Shown here piece by piece: positions 36,686 to 49,099 of a DNA stretch of 64,000 nucleotides. How positions within the stretch are numbered: position 1 is the stretch's first letter; each line of letters begins with the position of its first letter. A program made the position numbers and the translations under genes. The DNA is taken from assembly GCF_006345805.1 (NCBI RefSeq), contig NW_021835968.1, positions 6,234-70,233 of the forward strand, given 5' to 3'. The notes beneath the pieces are model-generated. The model saw nothing but the letters and a program-made list of their open reading frames with translations. It was not told the DNA's origin and searched no databases. Origin of the DNA: Octopus sinensis (Eukaryota).

Positions 36686-37326
36686 CACACCCACACACAT
36701 ACATGTGCATATATGGGTACAGGACGTCACCAACAGTAAACAACATGAAATACAAAAACGAATGCATTGAATGCACAAACGAGAGAAACAAATGGAAAAC
36801 AGGACAAGTAATAGAAAGTTGTCTGCTGTCTATCTACTCCTAATTTCGAGCATTGAATATGAATACCAAAATAAAATTTGGGGTTTATGGAGGGTCAAAG
36901 TTGGGGATAAAAACAGGACAGTGAAAACATAAAAGGGCAGCACTGAGAGAAAAGAAAGATGATCATGTAAGGAAAAGAAAGATGGATGATGGTTACATGT
37001 GAGCAGTGAGAGAGAGTAAAGGAGAAAGAGGGGGGAGGGAGAGAGGCAGATAGAAAACAGTGAAGGAGAGAAAAAAAGGGAATTAGCGAAAGGATGAGAG
37101 AGAAAACAATAGGAGTGTCAATATATCATATATCTGAAAAAGAAACATACTCTAAAAATTTCAGGCCTTGTGCAGATAATTGAAAGGATTGTAATTATTA
37201 TTATTCATTACATAGCTAGATAGATATATGTGTGTGTAAAATCTGTGTCTGTATACATAAAAAACTATCTATCTATCTATCAGTTTGTCTGTCTGCCTGT
37301 CTATCTCTATCTCTCCTTCTCTCTCT

Positions 37327-37362
<36 letters not shown>

Positions 37363-38102
37363 CATTCTTTGGAGTGGTTGGCATTAGGAAGGCCATCCAG
37401 CTGTAGAAACTCTGCCAGACCGGATTGGAGCCTGGTGCACCTGCTGGCCCTCCAGACCTCAATCAGACTGACCAACCTATGCCAGCATGGAACACGGACG
37501 TTAATCGATGATGATGATATATATATGTGTATATATATATATATAAACTTGTAATGGCATACATTTTGTTAGCTACTTGACTACATCTTGAAAAGGTTAA
37601 AAATAAACAAGAGACTTGCAGAATAAATGAATAAAGGAATGAGTGGCTGGATAAACTGAATGATTTAACAGGAATAATATACAAAGGGGGAGCAGGATGG
37701 GAAAGGTCAGATTATAAGCCAATGTGCGGTATGTATGTGTGCCAACACACGTGGTGTATGCATGAGCAGATATATGTTTGTGTCTGTCGGGAGTGTCTCG
37801 TTATGTATATGAATGTTTGTCTGCATGTGTACCGCTGTGTGTGTTTGTGTTTTTCTATGTATGTATGTGTGCATGCTTGAGTTTGTAATCATGTATATGA
37901 TATGAACATGTATTTGTCCACTCGTCTGTATGCAGGCAGATATGTATGTATACATATATGTATATGTGTGTATGTATGTATATATATATGTGTGTGTACA
38001 TATAAACATTTATAGGTATACATATATATACGTATATATATATCTATCATCATCATATACACACACACACACACACACACACATATGATATATATGTATA
38101 TA

Positions 38103-38505
38103 GGCGTAGGAGTGGCTGTGTGGTAAGTAGCTTGCTTACCAACCACATAGTTCCAGGTTCAGTCCTACTTCATGGCACCTTGGGCAAGTGTCTTCTACTA
38201 TAGCCTCGGGCTGACCAAAGCCTCGTGAGTGGATTTGGTTGATGGAAACTGAAAGAAGCCCGTTGTATATATGTGTGTATATATGTGTGTGTGTGTGTAT
38301 GTTTGTGTGTCTGTGTTTGTCCCCCCAACATTGCTTGGCAACCGATGCTGGTGTGTTTACATCCCTGTAACTTAGCGGTTCGGCAAAAGAGACTGATAAA
38401 ATAAGTACTAGGCTTACAAAGAATAAGTCCTGGGGTCGATTTGCTCGACTAAAGGCAGTGCTCCAGCATGGCCACAGTCAAATGACTGAAACAAGTAAAA
38501 GAGTA
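38103..38505 (+). mobile_element. SINE family A, full-length
   Basis: GGCGTAGGAGTGGCTGTGTGGTAAG...GGTTCAGTCC (A/B-box-like) through the AAGTAAAAGAGTA tail. Confidence 0.9.
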
Positions 38506-38816
38506 TATGTATACATATGTATGTGTATATATATATATATATGACCTTCGAAACATGGAGTAGATGAAACAAAGGCGACTGAAGAAGGGGAATTTTCCTT
38601 GTATTGTATGTCCTGTACTCTATTTTTTCGTTGTTTCAGAAAAATCTCCATTTCCTTGGTTTTGTGTTTATGTTTTCGTTTCTCCTTGTGTTCGACGTTT
38701 TTTGGTGTCCTGTACGCATATATGCATATATATATACATGTAGAGGTAGGAACGTACATATATGTATGTATATAGCATACGTTTTATTTTATCTATTAAT
38801 GTTTATATATTATATA

Positions 38817-38849
<33 letters not shown>

Positions 38850-38881
38850 TATTTATATATTACACACACACATATATGTAT

Positions 38882-38926
<45 letters not shown>

Positions 38927-38959
38927 ATATATATATATATATATATAATATATATATAT

Positions 38960-41305
38960 GCCAAAACCTTCCCAGGCGAAGAATGTACCCCACAACATAG
39001 ACTGGTAGTTAGTAACTTTAGGATCAGGACTAAGAGGACGACTAGAAGACGACCAACATGGAGAAGAAGGGTCTGGAAGCTTAAAGACCCTGTGAATGGA
39101 CAGAGATTTAGATACATGTTACTTGAAGCCTTTGACGAAATAGAAGGGGGTATAGCTACACATGGGGTAGAAGACAACTGGACGCTTCTAAGGGACAACC
39201 TGCTGAAAGCCACTGGCCAGATCTGTGGCTGGTGCAAAGTCTCCTCAAGACCCAAAATAATGTGGTGGTGGAACAATATTGTTGACAGGGCTATTAGACA
39301 AAAGAAACAGGCTTGGAAAGACTGGAAGAACGGTGGTAGCAGGGAAGTGTATCTGACTGCCAGAAGGGAAGCTAGGAGGCAGGTGTATTTAGCCAGAGGG
39401 GAAGCAGATAAGAAAAAATTTGCCAATGTTCTGCGCCATGAGGATGAAAGACTTGAGGTATTTCATGTTGCAAGACAGTGTGTGAGAGAGAATCGTGATG
39501 TGGTAGGAGAGAAATGTGTTCGCAAGGATGACAGTTCACTTGCGCTAAATGAGGATGCAAAGAGAGAGGTTTGGAGACGCCACTATGAAAGGTTGCTGAA
39601 TGAGGAAAATGAATGGGATAAAGAGAGTCTGCTGAATGTCGACCCAACAGAGGGACCAGCAATCCGAGTTGACAGTTCCTTAGTAGTTAAGGCAATTACA
39701 AGCATGAAAACAGGGAAAGCCCCAGGCCCATCAGGAATTACTGCAGAGATGCTCAAAATATCTGGCAGTGTCGGCTATAGCCAAGTTACCCGTATAGTTA
39801 ACACAAAGGAGTCATACCTAATGACTGGTGTAGCAGCATAATAGCCAACTGCTACAAAGGTAAAGGTGATGCTCTAGATACAAATAACTACAGGGGTATC
39901 AAGCTGCTGGATCAGGTAATGAAGGTTACGGAGAGGGTTATAGCCCAACTAATTAGAGAGAGAGTTAGTTTAGATGAGATGCAGTTTGGGTTCATGCCAG
40001 GGAAAAGTACTACTGATGCTATATTCCTGGTAAGACAGCTGCAGGAGAAATACCTAGCCAAAGGTAAAGCCCCTGTACCTGGCTTTTGTTGACATGGAGA
40101 AAGCCTTCGACAGGATACCCCAATCCCTTATCTGGTGGTCAATGAGGAAATTAGGGATAGATGAATGATTAGTGAGAGCTGTGCGAGCCATGTACAGAGA
40201 CGCTGCTAGTAAGGTGAGGGTTGGCAACGAGTACAGTGAAGAATTCCGGGTAGAGGTTGGGGTCCACCAAGGTTCAGTCCTCAGTCCCCTCCTATTTATC
40301 ATAGTCCTGCAGGCAATAACGGAGGAATTCAAGACAGGATGCCCCTGGGAGCTCCTCTATGCTGATGACCTTGCTCTAATTGCTGAGTCACTATCAGAAC
40401 TGGAGGAGAAGTTTCAGGTATGGAAGCAAGGATTAGAATTGAAGGGCCTTAGAATCAACTTAGCCAAAACCAATGTCCTAATAAGTAGGAAGGTAGACCA
40501 ATCACAAACGCCTTCAGGTAGATGGCCCTGCTCGATCTGTAAAAAAGGTGTAGGTAGAAACTCTATAAGGTGCACAAAGTGTAAGCTATGGACACATAAG
40601 AGGTGCAGCAATGTCAAAGGAAGGCTAACTAGGAAAATAGTTTTTGTCTGTGGCAGATGCTCAGGAGCAATAAACACTGAAAATGTGCAGAGACCAACTT
40701 CTACCACGTTCCAGGGAGAAAAACTAGAAGTAGTTGATAGCTTCCGCTACCTAGGTGACCAAGTCAGTAGCGGGTGTGGGTGTGCTGAAAGTGTAACTGC
40801 TAGAGTAAGAATAGCCTGGGCAAAGTTTAGGGAGCTCTTACCCCTGCTGGTGACAAAAGGCCTCTCGCTCAGAGTAAAAGGCAGACTGTATGATGCATGT
40901 GTACATACAGCCATGCTACATGGTAGTGAAACATGGGCTGTGACTGCTGAGGATATGCGTAAGCTCGCAAGAAATGAAGCCAGTATGCTCCAATGGATGT
41001 GTAATGTCAGTGTTCATAATCGACAGAGTGTAAGTACCTTGAGAGAAAAGTTGAACCTAAGAAGCATCAGTTGTGGTGTGCAAGAGAGACGTTTGCACTG
41101 GTATGTGACGAGAATGGCTGAAGATAGTTGTGTGCAAAAGTGCCACACCCTAGCAGTTGAGGGAACCTGTGGAAGAGGTAGACCTAGGAAAACCTGGGAC
41201 GAGGAGGTGAAGCACAACCTTCGAACTTTAGGTCTCACTAAGGAAATGACTAGAGACCGAGACCTATGGAAGTATGCTGTGCGTGAGAAGACCCGGCAAG
41301 ACTAG
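38960..41305 (+). pseudogene. RTE ORF2 (EN end, RT, PHD-type insert, C-terminus), disrupted
   Basis: KAPGPSG, NYRGIKLL, QFGFMPGKST, FVDMEKAFD, GVHQGSVLSP, LYADDL, FRYLG. There is a deletion/frameshift at about 39803, a frameshift at about 40070 and a premature TGA at 40166-40168. Confidence 0.95.
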
Positions 41306-41893
41306 TGAGACCATAACCCGTGGCCTCTACCTGGTATGTAGCCAGTCGACTTATACATACCTTTCCTTCTTGGGACACAAAACTCCACTTGTGAAGACCT
41401 GTTGAGGCAAGTGAAAATCAAAAATCAAAATCAAACCAAATCAAATCAGATATCAGAAAGCAGAACCAAAATCGAAGTCGATCAACATCAATGGAAATTG
41501 CAGCTGTGATACCAGTGCTGGTGACAAGTAAGCGAACCATCCGATCGTGGCTGTTGCCAGAGCACCGCCCCGACTGGCCTCCGTGCCGGTGGCACGTAAA
41601 AAGCACCATCCGTTTGTGGCCGTTGCCAGCCTTGCCTGTCCCCTGTGCTGGTGGCACGTAAAAAGCACCATCCGATCGTGGCCATTGCCAGCCTCGCCTG
41701 GCCCCCGTGCCGGTGGCACGTAAAAAGCACCCACTACACTCACGGAGTGGTTAGCGTTAGGAAGGGCATCCAGCCGTAGAAACACTGCCAGATCAGACTG
41801 GGCCTGATGCAGCCTTCTGGCTTCACAGACCCCAGTTGAACCATCCAACCCATGCTAGCATGGAAAGCGGACGCTAAATGATGATGATGATGA
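38960..41893 (+). mobile_element. 5'-truncated RTE-clade LINE, copy 2 (2.9 kb)
   Basis: Starts at the end of the AP-endonuclease domain (PQHRLVV) and runs through a complete RT. The 3' UTR has tandem repeats of about 60 bp and a (GAT)n tail. It is inserted in (TA)n. Confidence 0.97.
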
Positions 41894-42489
41894 TATATAT
41901 ATATATACACACATGCTCACACATATATGTATACAAATATATATATATATATATATTTTTTTTCTTGTTTCAGCTCAGAGCTGCGGCCATGCTGATGCAC
42001 CGCCGTTATATATATATATACATATATATACACACGCACATATATGTATACATATATATATATGTATATATACACTTTTCTCTAATCATATGCATGTATA
42101 TAGGCATACGCATGTATGTGCCTGCATCTATTTCTGTGCGTGTATGCATATGTGTTTACACAGCTGTATGTATTCATATATGTCTGCATGTGCATATCAG
42201 TAATCATGAACGTGTGTGTGTGGTATGTTTGCGTACATAATATACTTAAGATAACCAAACGTCATCCAGTTCATATGGAGACTCAGCTTATTGATAACAC
42301 TGTGGAAAGTTTCATTTGAAAATTAGATATAACCATGGTGATGATGGTGGTGGTGGTGGTGGTGGTGGTGTCAAGATGCAAGATAATGGGAATGATGATG
42401 ATGGTGATGGTGGTGATGATGTTCATGAGCTATCATTAATTTGATATCTCCTTGATATAAAACTGATAAATCTTCCAGTGAATTTTAGC

Positions 42490-42511
42490 AATATATTATC
42501 ATTATTTTTAC

Positions 42512-42559
<48 letters not shown>

Positions 42560-42612
42560 TATTATTATTATTATTATTATTAATATTATTATTATTATTA
42601 TTATTATTACTA

Positions 42613-42655
<43 letters not shown>

Positions 42656-42675
42656 TACTACTATTATTACTATTA
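42490..42675. repeat. Long (ATT)n microsatellite, about 185 bp
   Basis: Direct reading. Confidence 0.95.
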
Positions 42676-43119
42676 AGCTGACAAACTGGCAGAATTGTTA
42701 ACATGCCGAGCAAAATGTTTAGCAACATTTTGTCTATCCTTAGGTTCTGAGTTCAAATTCCACCGAGGTTGATTTTGTTTCCCATCTTTTTAAGGGTCGA
42801 TAAAATAATTACCAATTTAACACTGGGGTCAATATAATTGACTCATCCCCGCACTCAAAACTGCTGCCCTTGTGGCAAAATTTGAAGCCATATTATTATT
42901 ATTATTGAAGCGGTGAGCTGGTAGAATAGTTATTACGCCAGGCAAAATGCGTAGTGGCATTTTGTTTGTCCTTATGTTCTGAGTTCAAATTCCGCTGAGG
43001 TAGATATTGCCTTTCATCCTTTTGGGATCAATAAATTAAGTACCAGTTGAGTACTGGGGTCAATGTAATTGACTAGCCCCCTCCCCCAAATTTCAGGCCT
43101 TGTGCCTATAGTAGAAAAG

Positions 43120-43172
<53 letters not shown>

Positions 43173-43372
43173 GGTAGCAAGCTGGCAGAATCATTAGCAC
43201 TCCAGGCAAGATGTTTAGCAGCATTTCATCTGTCTTTACATTCTGAGTTCAAATTCTGCCATGGTTGACTTTGCCTCGTGGTTGATAAATTAAGTACCAG
43301 TGAAACACTGAGGTCAATGCAGTCAATTAGTCCCCTCCCCCCAAATTTCAGGCCTTGTGCCTTTAGTAAAGG

Positions 43373-43417
<45 letters not shown>

Positions 43418-43600
43418 GTTATTATTATTATTTAGGTCTGTGGATTGGTAGAATTGTTAGAACATTAAAATATCTTGTGGTGGTATTTGTTCTGGTTTTT
43501 GATGTCCCTAAGTTCAAATCCTGCAACAGTTAACTTTGCTGTTCATCCCTCCAGAGCTGATAAAATAAAGTACCAGTCAAATATGGAGGGAGGTGGGTGC
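42676..43600 (+). mobile_element. Array of four SINE family B copies separated by (ATT)n
   Basis: Units at about 42676-42905, 42908-43170, 43172-43430 and 43434-43600; the last is fused to a family E element. Confidence 0.85.
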
Positions 43601-44942
43601 AGTGTTAATCACTGCCATACAAACAGTGTCCTTCATTTCCAGTCTTACATAAAAACAAGTCTGGCCACAGGGGAAATGTTTATCTTACTTGAAAACAGGT
43701 GAAGGTTAGTAACAGGAAGGGCATCCAGCTGTAGGAAATCTACCTCAACAAATTCCGTCTGACCCATGCAAGCATAAGAAAGAGGATGTTAAAACAAATG
43801 ATAATGATATATGGTTTGAGGGAGATTTAGCTACTGTTGATGATGGTCAGGATGATCATGACATTAATGATTGTGACGGTGGTGGTGGGTGGTGATTATG
43901 GTTGTGGAGTAGTGGTGGTGGGAGTTGATGTGGGTGACAGCAATGATGATGGTGACGATGGTGGTGGTGGTGTTAGTAGTGGTGATGAGAGTGATGATGA
44001 TGTGGTGATGGTTAAGGTGATGATTAACTAAAGGTAATGACAGTGATTATGGTGGTGGTAGTGCAGTCAAGGGTGTTAGTAATAATGACGGTTGCAGGAG
44101 TGGTTACAGCGTTGGTGAAGATTATGATTGTTGGGATGGTTGTCGGCGTCGGCGTCGTAGTTGTTGTTGTTGGTGGTGGTGATGGTGGTGGTGGTGGTGA
44201 TTCATTTGCATTGCACTGCTTCTGCTTTGTTTGCCAATCTCAGAATGGTTCCAGGTTCCATGGTTTTGTACACAGTTTCAGTTTAGATTTCAAGGTAGCA
44301 GGTGTGTATATGGAGTGGGGTGTATGTAAGGAGCGTACAGGTACATTTTGAAGTGCATATATCTGTACATCAAAATGTGTGTGTGTGTGTGCACTGGTGT
44401 TACGTAAAACCCACCCATTACACTCTTGGAGTGGTTGGCATTAGGAAGGGGATCCAACCATAGGAACCATGCCAAATCAGAATGGAACCTGGTGTAGCCT
44501 TCCAGCTTATCGGTTTCAGTCAAACCGTCTGACCCATGCCAGCATAGAAAGCAGATGCTAAATGATGATGATATTTATATATATAATGTATATATATATA
44601 TAATTTATGTTTATGTATATAATTTATATATATATATATATATATATAATACAAAATAAGAAAATGGAGGAATACACTTTAATCAATCATCAACTACCAG
44701 ATAATACCCATTCACATAATTTATTAACCAACTTATGTATATAGCATGGGTTGGACGGTTCAACTGGGGTCTGTTAAGCTGGAAGGCTTCGTCAGGCCCA
44801 GTCAGATCTGGCAGTGTTTCTACGGCTGGATATATTCGAAACTTACAGGGAAAAATTCAGTTTAGAAATACTAAATCAAATATATATGTATATATATATA
44901 AATTAGAAAAAAAGTGATAAAAGGTGTTTTTTTTCTAATTTA

Positions 44943-45011
<69 letters not shown>

Positions 45012-45314
45012 AATGTATGTATGTATGTGTCAATGCCACGTAAAAAAGCACCCAGTACACTCTTTAAAATGGTTGGTGTTAGGAAGGACATCAAGCCATA
45101 CAAACCATGCCGCCAGAACAGATCACTGGAGTCTGGTACAGCACTCTAGCTAGCCAGCTCCTGTCAAACTGTCCAACCTATGCCAGCATGGAAAGCAGAC
45201 ATTAAATGACAATGATGATGAGGATGAGTATATATATATATGTATATATCTATGAAGAATACATACATACATACATATATATACACACATCCTCATCATC
45301 ATTGTCATTTAACG

Positions 45315-45430
45315 TCCAAGGATACAGGCATCCAGCAACAGGACCTCTGTAATGCTATGATGGACCGTGAAGTCTGGCGTAGCATGGTAAATTCCATTAT
45401 CTCAACCATGGTCGAACAATGATGATTATG
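45315..45430 (+). mobile_element. 3' stub of a second RTE family
   Basis: DTGIQQQDLCNAMMDREVWRSMVNSIISTMVEQ* followed by a GATGAT tail; typical RTE 'DR..WR' C-terminus, distinct from the main RTE family. Confidence 0.6.
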
Positions 45431-45523
45431 TATGTATGTATTAATTGAAGTACTCAGTATCATACCCACACTATTGACAAATCTATGAGTGTATATTTTT
45501 TCTGATTTATGGATTCTTAGACG

Positions 45524-45823
45524 ACTCTTTACTCTTTACTCTTTACTCTTTTACTTGTTTCAGTCATTTGACTGCGGCCATGCTGGAGCACCGCCTTTAA
45601 TCGAGCAACTCGACCCCGGGACTTATTCTTTTGTAAGCCCAGTACTTATTCTATCGGGCTCTTTTGCCGAACCGCTAAGTGACGGGGACGTAAACACACC
45701 AGCATCGGTTGTCAAACAATGCTAGGGGGACAGACACAGACACACAAACATACACGCACACACATATATATATACATATATACGACGGGCTTCTTTCAGT
45801 TTCCGTCTACCAAATCCACTCAC
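45524..45823 (-). mobile_element. SINE family A, 5'-truncated, little diverged
   Basis: (CTCTTTA)n tail and a body close to the consensus of the other copies. Confidence 0.85.
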
Positions 45824-46139
45824 TATGTATGTATGTATGTGTAGAGATATATGTATGTATATTGCGTGTGTTTGTAAGTTGTAAGTTGCATTTTCAGATT
45901 TAGAATATCTGAAATTTGAAGCCAGCAATCCTCACAGAATAACTAAAAAAAAATTGATATATACATAAATAAATGATGAAAATATTAATAAAATAGGAAT
46001 AAAAAAAGAAAAGCAGAATAAAACAATAAAACAATAACAACAGGAAAAAAAGATTAGGGGGAAAAAAATAGAAACCAAAATTAACTTTATTCAAATTACC
46101 TATATCCAGTGAAAATTTCGAACCTGATAGAACACACAA

Positions 46140-46172
<33 letters not shown>

Positions 46173-46215
46173 CACACACACACAAATAATGTGTGTGTGT
46201 GTGCTGCCATCATAC

Positions 46216-46243
46216 CAAGACAGCAGTGCTTATTGCAAAGCAT
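46216..46243 (-). CDS. Candidate first coding segment MLCNKHCCL(V) just downstream of the X-boxes
   Basis: ATG at 46243 with an upstream in-frame TAG, donor TTG|GTATGA, phase 1. Speculative. Confidence 0.15.
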
Positions 46244-46369
46244 TGCTTCTGTATTCTACTGGCCAACCAACCAACCAACCAGGCAGCCAGCTTTCTGTCT
46301 GTCTGTCTGTCTGCTTGTGTGTTTCTTGGTTGCCTGCTTGGCTTGGCCTGGCCAGCATTCACCAGAAGC

Positions 46370-46449
46370 GTTACCATAGCAACGTTTAAATAACACAAGA
46401 AATTGAAAAGCAAAACTAACTAACTGCAGCATCCTGATACCATGGCAAC
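46370..46449. promoter_or_regulatory. Pair of RFX X-box motifs
   Basis: GTTACCATAGCAAC (46370-46383) and GATACCATGGCAAC (46436-46449) in non-repetitive sequence; consensus GTTNCCATRGNAAC. Confidence 0.55.
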
Positions 46450-46860
46450 AAACAAGTTTTATAATTGAAGCACTGACGGAGATGGTGGTGGTGTTGGTGG
46501 TCATGGCAGTGGTTGTGTGTGGAAGGTGGTGGATGGTGTGTGTGTGTGTGTGTGGGTGGGTAGGGTCTGATGGTTTCTTGCAAAATGTTGAGAAGATTTA
46601 TTTCAAGCTACTTATGTGTGTGTGTGTATAATGTATATAATATATATAATATATATGTATATGTGTGTTTGTGTGCATACACATATCTGTATATGTTTAT
46701 GGGTTAAAAGTGTACATTTTACATATCTACAATGAGTATTGTGCATATGTGTGTATACATACATATATGTATATATACACACACAACCATACATATATAG
46801 TATATATACACACATATATATATATACACACACACACATATATATACATACTTACTTATA

Positions 46861-46911
<51 letters not shown>

Positions 46912-47364
46912 GCCAACAAGGAAACATGGATTTAAAATGACGATATAAATACACACATTCATTAACAAGCATTCATATACATTTTTCCATATATGAATTT
47001 TCTTTTGTGTACCTATATAAATCAACATAAACATTCACATTATTTCCGCTTACTTGTGTGTGTAAATACATACGTGTGTGTGTGTGCCTATGTATATATA
47101 TGAATATATATGTGTCTATGAACATATATTTATATGCATATACACACACTCGTATGCACAGGCATACACATATGAATATACACATATAGTTATCAAGTTT
47201 GAAATAGGTTCCATAACAATCGATATATGGTTATATGTAAATGTTTAACATGTCTGCAATTCCAAACATATTACTCTCATTGCTTTTCCTTGTGTAAACC
47301 TTTTTTTACATTCTTCAGTATTGTATTTTACTAAATCCTTAGTGTGTGTATACATACACACATA

Positions 47365-47395
<31 letters not shown>

Positions 47396-47770
47396 CTCGG
47401 TGGCATGTAAAAAGCACCATTTCAGCATGATGATTACCAGTGTTGCCTTACTGGCACATGAACAAAACATTCGAGCGAGGTCGTTGCCAGTGCTGCTGGA
47501 CTGACTCCTGTGCAGGTGGCACATAAAAAACTCCATTTGAGCATGGCCGTTGCCAGTACCGCCAGACTGTGGCATATATATATATATATCGGTGGCACGT
47601 AAAAGCACCCACTACACTCTCGGAGTTGTTGGTGTTAGGAAGGGCATCCAGCTGTAGAAACTCTGCCAGATCAGATTGGAGCCTGGCGCAGCCATCTGGT
47701 TTGCTACTCCTCAGTCAAATCGTCCAACCCATGCTAACATGGAAAGCGGACATTAAATGATGATGATGAT

Positions 47771-47823
<53 letters not shown>

Positions 47824-47975
47824 TGCTCACATTTGTATGTGTGTGTGTGTGTGTATGTCTTATCATCATTTAACATCTGTGCTCCATAGTGGCATTGATT
47901 GGGCAGTTTGACAGGATCCAATGAGTCACAAGGTTGCGCCATGCTCCAGTATTAGCTTTAGCATGTTTCCTACAG

Positions 47976-48020
<45 letters not shown>

Positions 48021-48204
48021 AAAGCACCCATGCAGTGCCCTGTAAGAGCATCCAGCACACTCTGTAAGTGGTTGGCATTAGGAAGGGCATCCAGCTGTAG
48101 AAACCATGCCAAAGCAGACTGGAATCTGGTGAGGCTCTGGTCGAACCATCCAGCCCATGCCACCATGGACAGTAGACATTAAATGATGATGATACATACA
48201 TATA

Positions 48205-48570
48205 GGCGTAGGAGTGGCTGTGTGGTAAGTAGCTTGCTTACCAACCACATGGTTCCTAATTCAGTCCCACTGCATGGCACCTTGGGCAAGTGTCTTCTAC
48301 TATAGCCTCGGGCCAACCAGAGCCTTGTGAGTGGATTTGGTAGACGGAAACTGAAAGAAGCCCGCCGTATATAGGTATATATGTGTGTGCGTCCCAAAAT
48401 CGCTTGACAACCGATGCTGTTGTGTTTACGTCCCCATAACTTAGCGGTTCGGCAAAAGAGACCGATAGAATAAGTTCTAGACTTCCAAAGAGTAAGTCCT
48501 GGGGTCGATTTGCTCAACTAAAGGTGGTGTTCCAGCATGGCCACACTCAAATGACTGAAACAATTAAAAG
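48205..48570 (+). mobile_element. SINE family A, full-length
   Basis: End-to-end match to 38103-38505. Confidence 0.88.
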
Positions 48571-48862
48571 AAGGAAAAGAAGAAAAAGAATATATATACT
48601 TTTCTACTCTAGGCACAAGTTTTGAAATTTTGGGGAAGGGGGCCAGTCAATTAGATCGACTTCAGGACACAACTGGTACTTAATTTATTGACCCCAAAAG
48701 GATGAAAGGCAAGGTTAACCTCGGCAGAATTTGAACTCAGAACATAAAGACGGACGAAATACTGCTAGGCATTTTGCCCGGCATGCTAACGTTTCTACTA
48801 GCTTGCCACCTTTACATATATACATACATGTATATTTATATATATACATGTATACATGCATG

Positions 48863-48895
<33 letters not shown>

Positions 48896-49055
48896 TCTCG
48901 GAGTGGTTGGTGTTAGGAAGGGCATCCAGCTGTAGAAACTCTGCCAGATCAGATTGGAGCCTGGTTCGCCAGACCTCAGTCAAATCGTCCAACCCATGCT
49001 AGCATGGAAAGCGGACGTTAAATGATGATGATGATGATTATATATATATATGATG

Positions 49056-49099
<44 letters not shown>

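Noticed and set aside
38545-38610. CTGAAGA-containing PLE-like end as a hammerhead (also 50478-50500)
   Set aside because: No correctly placed GAAA and helix III follow the core.
38762-38959. N-terminal part of the 359-aa ORF
   Set aside because: It is (TA)n sequence read in frame with the truncated LINE; it is not a real N-terminus or fusion protein.
40166-40168. In-frame TGA in RTE ORF2 as possible selenocysteine or readthrough
   Set aside because: It falls where Trp is expected (TGG>TGA) in a copy that also has frameshifts, and no SECIS-like structure was recognised.
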